A DNA stretch of 64,000 nt from Negaprion brevirostris. Taxonomy: Eukaryota. Of this stretch, positions 51,597 through 61,347 are shown one piece after another. The stretch lies in contig JARDVH010000132.1 of the NCBI GenBank assembly GCA_030324005.1, positions 69,050,040 to 69,114,039 on the forward strand, read 5' to 3'. Position 1 is the first letter of the stretch, and every line of letters begins with the position of its first letter. The translations under genes and the position numbers were made by a program. Below the pieces are notes generated by a model that did no database searches, had not been told where the DNA came from, and was given only the letters and a program-made list of their open reading frames with translations.

Positions 51597-52269
51597 GAAG
51601 AGCTTGGCTGACAGCTTTCCAGATCCTCTAGACACAGCAGTGCAGTGATGGGAGGAGGTACTGCAGTGCTATGCCTGAGGCTGTCCCAAGACCACACTGC
51701 AGCCAAGTATCAGGGGTCCCAAGCGTGGGGGTGTAGTGATTAGGGAATGTCCTGGGGTCAGGTGAGAGTGATCACAGGGGGTGGCGGAGCTCCCAGTTCC
51801 CTGAAGGGAGGGCATCCCAAATCTCAAAGGGCCTTCAGATTGAAGTACCCCCAACAGAGATCAATGAAGACTTTTTGTTTGGCACCCTAACCTAACCAGT
51901 GCCTACCAACCTAAAAATTGAGGTTGGATAGGAAAAGGCCCTCAAGTGGCCACTTAATTCCAGGCAGAGTACTGCAGTATTGCTTCTGGCCACTGCAGTG
52001 CGGTGCCAGCTCACAAGGGTGGTACTTCCTTCCAAGGGTGGACAAAAGTTCCACCCACTGCCAATCTACACTCAATTCAGCATTAAATGGCAGTGAGGGT
52101 TCAAGAGTTATCGACTCTCAGAATGTTGAGTGCTGCTTGCTCACCATCTTTAAAATCTTACCGTATGTGTAAGTCAAAGTCACCCATTATTACTGTATTA
52201 CTCATGTTACATGCATCCCTAATTTCCTAATTTTTATTATGCCCAACATTACTATGACAGTTTTGGGAC

Positions 52270-52808
52270 TCTCAGCAACTTTTACACATGCACCATAGAA
52301 AGTATTCTTTCTGGTTGTATCACAGCTTGATATGGCTCCTGCTCTGTCCAAGACAGCAAAAAACTACAAAGAGTTGTGAACAAAGCCCAGTCCATCACTC
52401 AAACCAGCCTCCTACCCATTGACTCCGTCTACACTTGCTGATGCCTTGGAAAAGCAGCCAGCATAATTAAGGATCCTACGCACCCTGGACATACTCTCTT
52501 CCGCCTTCTTCCATTGGGAAAAAGATATAAAAGTCTGAAGACATGAAGCTGTTCTCGAGTTGGTTGGTATATGTCTTCAGACTTTTGTATCTGAGAACAA
52601 GCTTCTTCCGTGCTGCCATCAAACTTTTGATTGACCCTACCTCACATTAAGTTGATCTTTCTCTACACCCTTGCTATGACTGTAATATTACATTCTGCAC
52701 TCTCTCCTTTCCTTCTCTATGTCCAGTATGTTTTGTCTGTATAGCATGCAAGGAACAATATTTTTCATTATATACTAATACATGTGACAATAATAAATCT
52801 AGTCAAAT
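52270..52808 (+). mobile_element. Rex/Babar-type LINE 3' end
   Basis: LSNFYTCTIESILSGCITA*YGSCS..D.KKLQRVV, IIKDPTHPGHTLF.LLP.GKRY; tail catgtgacaataataaatc. Confidence 0.8.
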
Positions 52809-52839
52809 TATATTTATCAATGTTTGCTAGCTCTTGCTG

Positions 52840-53395
52840 ATTCTTAACTCCACCCTAATCGATTCTACATCTTGATCCTTCAGTCTAAGATCCTTTGTTA
52901 CTAGTTTACTGACCTTGTCCCTTATTAAGAATGCTATCCCACCTCCTTTTGTTTTTGCCCAGCCCTCCTAAATGTCAAATATACTTGGATATTCAGTTCC
53001 CAATCTTGGCTACCCTGTAGCCACATCTCTGTAATGGTAATCATACCTATTTACTTTGATTTGTGCATTCAAATTATTAACCTTTTTTGTGAATGCTATA
53101 TGCATTTAAATAGAATGCCTTCCATTCTATGTTTTAACATTATTTTCTATTCTGATCCTACTTGATGCTTGCTTGTGCTTCAGCTGTCTTCTTTATTTGT
53201 TTTCTACTTTCTTACTTCCTTTTTCTGGTTTTGCTTCCTTCAAATCTGAGCTCCTTCACAAATCTCTATCCCCCTACCAATCTAATTTAAATCCTCCCCA
53301 GCAGCACTACCAAATCTCTCTGCAAGGGTGTTAGTCCCAGTCCTGCAAAAAGTAGTTCTTCCATCTTGTTCAGGGCTCACCTGCCCCAGAACCGT
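52840..53395 (-). mobile_element. CR1 endonuclease-region remnant
   Basis: Reverse of ggatattcagttcccaatcttgg (QDWELNIQ), as at 32634-32660. Confidence 0.7.
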
Positions 53396-53399
53396 TGTT

Positions 53400-55720
53400 G
53401 TTTTTGTCTCTCTTTCTCCTGATCATTTGGTAGCTGTATCTTACCTGTCTTGTACATTTTGCCATTCAATAGCTCTGCAAGCAATTTAATCTCAGCCTTG
53501 AGAAGTGTAGCTTGGAATGACAATAAGTCAAGGTTTGGGTTGTCCATTGTCTCTTGGCACTTTGAGGGTTCTAGTGATCATTTGGATGTGTTTTTCCACG
53601 AAACTATGTCCCCTTGGATATTGTGATGATGAGATTATGATGTTGACTCGTACATGTCAGCAAATTCCTTAAACTCTCTGGAGGTGAATTGAGTTCCCTT
53701 ATCACAGGTTACTTTTTGTGGAATCCCTTGTTTAGCAAACAGAACTTGTACTGCTGTGATGATTGTTGTAGCTCTCAAATCTTTCATCTTTCTGCTAAAA
53801 AGCATCTTTGAGTAATAATTTGCTGGTATAAGATAAAATTTCTTGTACATGAGCAAACTGGCTCCCACACAATGCTATGATTTCTATGGTACTTCACTAA
53901 CTATCACTTTTTCTGCTGTCTTTCCATACTTCTGGCATACACTGTGCGTATACATCACCTTTCTGTCTATCTAGTACACAGCTAATTTAGTGAAGAGTTT
54001 ACACTCCTACATGTCCATGTGGCCTTTGTGTACCTTCTGGAGAAGGTCTCTTTGCATCATCTTGGATTATTCTGCATCCTGCCAGCAGAACACCATCTCC
54101 TAGTAAAAAGTCATCTCTGATTGACCAGTGCTGCTATATCACAGGTTGTCTTTGTTATATCAGGCCATCAGATCATCAGGCTCACTTTAAGGCCAAAAGA
54201 CAGATGCAGGAATTTTTACAATCCAAACAGTGTATTGAATATTGTCAATAGCCAAAATTATTTTGTCAAGCTTCATGTTCCAGTAGCCATTACATGCACC
54301 AGAATTTTCTGGCTGAAAATCTTTGCTGCATGGTCTCTTCCAGTGATGCAGCAGGGTAATAATTCCTTTTCTGGCATGATTGAGATCTTCAGGATCCAGC
54401 CAAACTTTGTAGCTATCCATTTGACTTCTGTCTCATAAAGATGGAATTCACCCAATCTGTAAACTCTGTGACTCTGGCATTCACTTTCTTATCTCTCTCT
54501 CTCTCTTGGAGTTCACTTTCAAACTTGCTTTTAGTTCTGTACTACTTTACAGTAGTATCATATGGTGATATGATACTCAATTTTTCAAAACATTCAATCA
54601 TCTGATCAAAATACTGTGGATTCATTTGGACCAAATCTTTCTTGCTCCTGAGCAGCGGGTGCTTTTCAGTGGGTGTACAACCTTCAACCCTCAGCGACGC
54701 CTTCTTCATCTCATGGTTTACTGAGATCAGTTGCAGCTCTTTGCAACTGCCCAACCCCAGGATAGCAGGACCATCTGTTACAGGGATGTAGAACATACAG
54801 TTAACATCTTTTCCTTTGTGTGTCCATCTGATTTGGTCATTTCTAACTGTCAAATCTTAGGTGCACCATATGCTGTCAGCATGATACTACTCGATTTCAG
54901 AGCATCTTTCTTTGGCTCACTGTTTTCTTTCAAATTTTCAGGAAAGATCTTCTGTCTGAGTGGGTTGATACTCTGTGCTCCGGTATCAAACTTCATCTTC
55001 AAATTTATAGTGGTGGGCTTATTTCTCAGCTTTTTCCTGATCTGAATGGTTGTGTGAATTTATTTTCTTTGGGGACATTCAGACATCTATTGCAGTTGTA
55101 GGTTTCCTATGTTTATTGTATCCTTGAATTCATTATCATCATCCAGGGCATAAATGTTTTGTTTTCCTTTCTCATTCCTCTGTTGCCCATCCTCTGGAAG
55201 AGCAATTTGTGCAATTTTGCACAACTTTTCTCCGTGCTTGGGGTTTCCAGAAGTCCTGCAATTTGATCTGTATTTGGGACAATTATTTCTGTCAGTGAAT
55301 TTGTGGTTGTTCACAGCTCTTCTACATCTTTCTCTCTGTCTCATGTGCATCCCTTTAATTTTGCTTCATTGTATCAATGCTGCTGTTTTTCCTTTGACTT
55401 GCCTGAAGTTTGGGCAGTCTGCATCTTGATCTGTTCACTAATGGCTTTGTGTGCTTCGGCAGTGTCAGTAGTCTACTATTTTGTGAGCCTGTATTTTTCA
55501 TTCAGAGTTTTTTGTACATCTGAAAGTTCAGAGCCCCAGATGAAACAATCTACCAGCCTTTTATTTGTTCCTTTGAATTTACACTTGGTCTCAATAAAAA
55601 AAATCAACAGGCTCACCTGCCTCAGGCTCTGAAACTCATGGTGGAGGACCTGATGCTTTGACTTAGGCTGGGGGATAGGTGTTGAATATCTTGAAAGTTT
55701 TGTGTGTTTTGTTTTTACTG
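53400..55720 (-). mobile_element. Ty3/Gypsy LTR retrotransposon gag-pol remnant (no LTRs recognised)
   Basis: gag knuckle CPKYRSNCRTSGNPKH..KLC; protease region GPAILGLGSCKELQLI; RT WLDPEDLN; integrase LFAKQGIPQKVTCDKGTQFTSREFKEFA, in gag-PR-RT-IN order with deletions. Confidence 0.85.
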
Positions 55721-56404
55721 TCACCCTCTTTCATTTGCCACTATTGAATATAACTAATCCTATTTCTCCTATCCTATTTAGCTGACACTTTCGTCTTCAC
55801 TTGTACCTGTTTGAAAACTACTGAATGCCAATTTACGCTTTAGCTTAGACTTCTTAAATGCCTCTACTAACTTGTCAGTTTCTCAATTCATTATGGGTTG
55901 AAACTGTGTTTACATCACTGTAGTGATGGCATATTGTTTTCACACAACTGGTTCTGTTTTTTCTCTCTCTTGTGGCACTAACTCAGGCTTATTTTTCTAA
56001 TTCAGCATTCATTTTGCTTCTAATACTTTGGTTTGCTCACAAACACTTATTGCCACCATGTTATGTCTTGTAGTTCCCAGAAGTTTGAATTAATCACACT
56101 TTTAGACAAAAATACCGCAGCTTGCATTAAATATATTTTCCAGCTCTCATCATGCACTGCAGAATGATGTAATGTTGCATTGGTGCAAAGACCAATGTAG
56201 TGAGTGATCTGGAATCCTGACAATACCTGTATACATATGCACAAACAATATAGTTCTTAAATCATTTTGGAATAACGTAGCACCATTCTAAACATTGCAT
56301 ATTAATGTATGAGGCAGCATCTTTATCAAACAATGTTTAGAATGAGTTGTTTCATGCATAGGTAACAAAAATGTTATTTTAGAACAGATGATGAGAGCTG
56401 GAAT

Positions 56405-57230
56405 ATTGAATCTTAGAATGGTCACTGAATAGGAAGCCATTTGGCCTACTGTGTCTGCTGCTGACTCTCTAAAGCAACAATTCACCTACTGCCATTCCCT
56501 TGCCTTCTCCCAATAACCCTGCAAATTTTTCCTCTCATCAATTGAATCTGATTTCAGTAATTCACAGGCCGTGCATTCCAGGCCCCAATCACTTGCTGTG
56601 ATGTTAAAAATCATGTTGCTGTTGCTTCTTTTGCCAGATACCTTAAAACTGTGCCTTTTGCTTCTTGATACTTTCACCCATAGGAACACCTTTTTTCCCT
56701 ATCTACTCTGTCCAGACCCTTTATAATTTTGAATACCTCTATCAAATTACTTCTCAATCTTCTCTTCTCCAAGGAAAACAGTCCTAACTTCTCCAAGCTA
56801 TCCACATAATCACTAGAGCCATTCCCATGAATCTCTTTTTCACCCTCCTTAATGCCTTCATATCTTTCTTAAGTGTGGTGCCCAGAACTATATTCCTGTC
56901 GAGGGTGAACCAATACTTTACACAGGTTTAACATAATTTCCCTGCTTTTGTACTTTAAAAAAAAATTCATGGGACACAGTGTCACTGGCTAGGCCAGTAT
57001 TTTTATTGCCCACCCCTAATTGTGCTGCCTTCTTGAACTGCTGCAGTCCATGCAGTGCAGATACACCCACAGTCTGTTGGGAAGGGAGTTCCAGGATTTT
57101 GACCCAGTGATAATGAAAGAATTACCATATATTTCTAAGTATGGCTGGTGTGTGGCCTGGACATGAACTTTCAAGTTGTGATGTTCTCTTGAATTTATTG
57201 CCTTTGTTCTTGGCTACAGGTTTGGAAGGT
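56405..57230 (-). mobile_element. CR1 3' end (56405-56955) and a 3' tail of the second LINE family (56960-57230)
   Basis: KVSRSKRHSFKVSG; ggctaggccagtatttttattgcccacccctaattg. Confidence 0.7.
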
Positions 57231-57474
57231 GTCCCTACTGAAAAACCCTAGGATGCAGTATGNNNNNNNNNNAATTTGTGCACATTTCCAACTACGTCTC
57301 TCTACTTCAGCACCCCTTTTGTATTGTACCCTTTTTTCACTGCCTCTCTGCATTCTTCCTACCAAAGTTAATCACTCCTCTGCAACTGGTGGCAGTTGAG
57401 CTTTTACCCCTGCTGCGAAGTAGCTCTATGATTAGACTGGTTACAAACAACAATCTGGCTAATTTTTCCTCGTT

Positions 57475-57852
57475 ATTCTTTTATGGAATGTTGGTGTTGC
57501 TGGAAAGACCAGCATTTGTTGCCCATCTCTAATGGACTTTCAAGGTGCATGATTCTCTAGGCCATTGCAGAGTTAAGATATTGCTGTGAGTCAGGAACAA
57601 TATATAGGCCAGACCAGATAAGGATGGCAGTTTTCCTTCCCTAAAGGATATCAGCGGACCAGATGTGTTTTACAACAAGTGGTGATAGTTGTCATGGTCA
57701 CCATTACTGCAGCTAACTTTATATAACTGGTTTATTAATTGAATTTAAATTCCACCAGCTGCCTTGGTAGGACTTTGAACCCATATCCTTAGAATGTTAG
57801 CCTGGGCCTCTGGACTCGTCTGGTGATATTACCACTATGCTACTGCTTCCCA
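57475..57852 (-). mobile_element. tRNA-headed SINE, older copy
   Basis: aggccagaccagataaggatggcagttttccttccctaaagga core; accactatgctactgcttccc head. Confidence 0.8.
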
Positions 57853-58078
57853 CTATTTGGTGTTAATATCAGTTTTCCTCAAGTAATTTTTGCCTGCTTC
57901 CAATACAAGAAGATAGTTTTGGGAGCATATGCAATCATATTAGTAATTATCATCGCAAAGTATAGACCTTCCTTTCTGGTTTTTTTTTGTTGCATGAATT
58001 GTGCCCCTTCCTTTCCAAGCTCTGTGACACCCTCATTCTTTGCATGTTTTTGTGTGCAATTCTGTGTACAATGAGATG

Positions 58079-58192
58079 AGAGACATGTTGTTAAAGCTTT
58101 TTGTTTTGCAGTCATTAAGACAAATGCAAAATGTTCCTTTCTTGTGTTTGTCCTGATGAGTACAAGATGAAAGTCTTCAGCAAAATGTCTCC
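58079..58192. ncRNA. Inverted pair of decayed Penelope-type minimal hammerhead ribozyme motifs
   Basis: Right arm tttgtc-CTGATGA-gtacaagat-GAAA-gtcttc-agcaaa; the left arm is its degenerate reverse complement. Confidence 0.5.
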
Positions 58193-58504
58193 CTTTTTAG
58201 CAAGTCCTGTACAATCAAATGGCATCGAGATCATCTAATGTCAAAGTGAAATGAGCATTTTTGCAATTGTGCCACTCACTATTTGAAAGGTAAACATTTA
58301 TGTGAACTTCACTTCTGATTATAAAGGGCTAGCATGAAATCTGAAAAAAAGAATTGAAGTTGGACAATATAATACAATATATAGTCCTGCAGACTGGGAT
58401 TATCGTTACTTGTGCACATAGGAGTTCAGTTTAAACTTCAATAGTAACAATTGACAAGTCTGCTGAGCCCAATACTTCAAATACTTTCCAGGAACATGGA
58501 CTTC

Positions 58505-59870
58505 TGAAAGGTATTTGACAAAGTTGCACATCAGACTTGTGTAAAGTTAGAGTTCGTGGAATAAAACATCATCATGGCTACTAAATTGACTGAGTGACAG
58601 GAAACAGAATAATAGAAAGGCAGATTATTACTTGAATGGGTGTAAATTGAGAGTGATGGACACTTAGTGAGACCTTGGTGTCCTATTGTGTCAGTTACTT
58701 AACATAAGCGTGCAGGGGCATCAGGCAGTAAAGTTGGCAAATGGTATGTTGGCCTGCATAGTGAGAAGGTTTGAGTACAGGGAGAGGGATGTTTTGCTGC
58801 AATTACATAGGGTGTTGATGAGGCCACATCTGGAGTATTGTGTGCAGTTTTGTTGTCGTTATCAGAGGAAGGATGTCCTTGTTATTGAGGGAGTACAGTG
58901 AAGGTTTACCAGTTATGGCAGGTCTTTTATTCATTCGTGGGACATGGGCATCACTGGCTGGCCAGCATTTATTGCCCATCCCTGGTTCCCTTGAGAAGGT
59001 AGTGGTGAAGAGGATGCAGAGATGCTTCAGCATGATTTGGATAGGCTGAGGGTGTGGGCACATGTATGGCAGATGAGGTATAACGTGAATAAATGTGAAG
59101 TTATCCACATCATATGAGAGACTAAGTCAGATTGAATCATATTAACTGGAGTTTAAACAATTGAGAACGGATCTCATAGAAACATAAAATTCTAACAGGA
59201 TAGATTCAGAAAGAATGTTCCCAATGGTGGGGTAGTCCAGACCTAGGGGTCACAGTTTGAAGGTAAATGGTGTAAATCTTTTAGAACTGAGGTCAGGAGA
59301 AATTTCTTCACCCAGAGGGTGGTGAATATGTGGAATTCACTACCACAAAGTAGTTGAGCCAGACCATTGTCTGATTTCAAGAAGAAATTAGATATACCTC
59401 AAGGGGCTAAAGGGATCAAAGGATATGTGGGGAAGGGGGATCGGCATATTGAATTTGTTGATGAAACATGATCAAAGTAAAGTGGGGAGGAAGCTTGAAG
59501 GGCCAATGGCCTACCTGCTTCTAGTTTCTAAGGTTAAACCTCAACTGGATTATTCTGTCCAGTTGTGGCATTTTGTGAAGAATGTGAAGGTATTAGAGTG
59601 GGTGCAGAAAAGATTCATGAGAGTGGTTCCAAGGATGGGGAACTTCAGCTACATAAATAGAAAGAAGTTAAGATGTTCTCCTACGGGCAAAAAGGTAAAG
59701 GCGATAGAGGTATTTGGCAGCGGTATTCAAGATCATGAGGGATCTGGACAGGGTAGATAGGAAGAATCTGATCTTCTGGATTGAAGGAGCAAAAATCAGA
59801 GAGCATTACTTTTTGTCAATTTTTAAAAATCTATGGAGACATGAAGAGAAACCTTTCTGTGCCTCTGAGT
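58505..59870 (+). mobile_element. CR1 fragments, internally rearranged, plus a second older CR1 3' piece (59530-59870)
   Basis: LMRPHLEYCVQFC, EEDAEMLQHDL...NVNKCEVIH, RNFFTQRVVNMWNSLP; VKPQLDYSVQLW. Confidence 0.8.
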
Positions 59871-60240
59871 CTCAGCAGTTCCTGGTCCCTCCAAGGACAC
59901 AAACCTGATGAGTTGTGCTTCCCACTCCAGGGGCTGCACTTGCACCTCCCTCCATAGCCAGAGCAGAGCTNNNNNNNNNNNNNNNNNNNNNNNNNNNNNG
60001 GGCGAGTAGCTCAACGTGAATTGCTCCCTTTCGAGAGACAGCACAGACACAATCGGCCGAATGGCCTCTTCTGCTGTAACCATTCTGTGATTGCAAGAAC
60101 CTTTGGTGAAAAAGGTAAACTCTTGCAAAAAAAAAACCGTGCATTTCAAGCTCGCGTACCAGGCACTTGAACAACTAAAGTGACAATGCAAGGCAAACGG
60201 GTAAGAGATCGATATCTTCCTGTAATCAGCAGCACTGCAG

Positions 60241-60654
60241 CCAATGAAGAAGAAACCGAGACCCTGAACGAACCTCTCACTGAGGGTACAGGTTGAGTGT
60301 AAATGTCAATCACAGTGATGTCACAATCGCCGGAGCTGGTCACCCAGCCCTGATTGGATGGGGACGTTAATCAGGCTGTGATATGCTGTTCGAACAGCCA
60401 ATAGCAGCGGAAAGCCGGGAGAGCGATCCACCTATCCCGTTTATCTATTGGTCAGTAGGGCTGCCCATCAGAACGACACCAAAGGCTATTGTCCAATGGA
60501 ATGGGGGTTTTAGGGGGTCTCGTCATACCCCCATGTTCCTGATTTCTAATTGGACGGGAGCAGTATCAATCAGGGTTCCATTGGCGCAACCTCTCCTCTG
60601 ATTGGACGAGGATGTTGTCACTCAGCTGCCTGCTTGCAGCTGGCCTGTCATTTC
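60241..60654 (+). promoter_or_regulatory. GLCCI1 promoter: eight CCAAT/ATTGG boxes and an Inr-like TCATTTC (60648-60654)
   Basis: CCAAT at 60241, 60398, 60493; ATTGG at 60353, 60447, 60549, 60580, 60601; CpG-retaining, TATA-less, directly upstream of exon 1. Confidence 0.75.
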
Positions 60655-60935
60655 TGTGAGGCTAGGCTGAGGAAAGCAAGGCGAATGAGTGAGACACAGA
60701 GCCTGGGATTAACTAGAGTCACTTTGCAACCGCACCGCTTCAAGCAGAAGGAAAGGGGAAGAAGGAGCAAAATAACACCATTTAGGAGAATAATCAATAA
60801 CCAACCTAAACAAAAAATATCGTTGAGCGACCTGAGCTCCCCAGTGTGTCCGGAGTGAAGACCTTTCTGCAGTTTGTTCAGACAATACATTTGAAATTAA
60901 TTTGGAGAACGCGCCTATATTAAAGCGATTTCACT

Positions 60936-61347
60936 ATGTCCTCCTCCTCACAACAAGCGTCTCAAAGAGTGCGGCGCAATGGGTCGCCGACTTCGAACCG
61001 CCTGCAGCCCATCAGGGCCACCGTGCCCTTCCAGCTGAGACAAGGCAATAACAGCCCGACCCGCTCCTCCTCCTCCTGCAGCGGCAGCACCAGCTCCCCG
61101 GCAGTGGCAGTAGCAACAGCGGCTTACTCTGCATTTACAGCAACAGCAACAGCAACCACCTCGACCTCAACAGCAGCCACGTCCACCACCTCCAACGGAC
61201 AGAAACTTTCCCCGACCTCGTCGCCCACCTCCTCGCTTTGGGCTCCGGCTGCGATTGTCACCGCCGACGGACGCACGAGACACAGACGGTCTCCTGACAG
61301 TAGGAGCTCACCTGAGAGAAGAAGCCCCAGCTCTCCTGTTTATAAAG
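60936..61347 (+). CDS. GLCCI1: Coding exon 1 of glucocorticoid-induced transcript 1 (FAM117 family)
   Basis: RLQPIRATVPFQL and RSSPERRSPSSPVYK match FAM117-family N-termini; donor AAAG|GTACAG gives 412 nt (phase 1, as recalled for human exon 1). Assigned to GLCCI1 rather than FAM117B because UMAD1 lies upstream. Confidence 0.88.
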
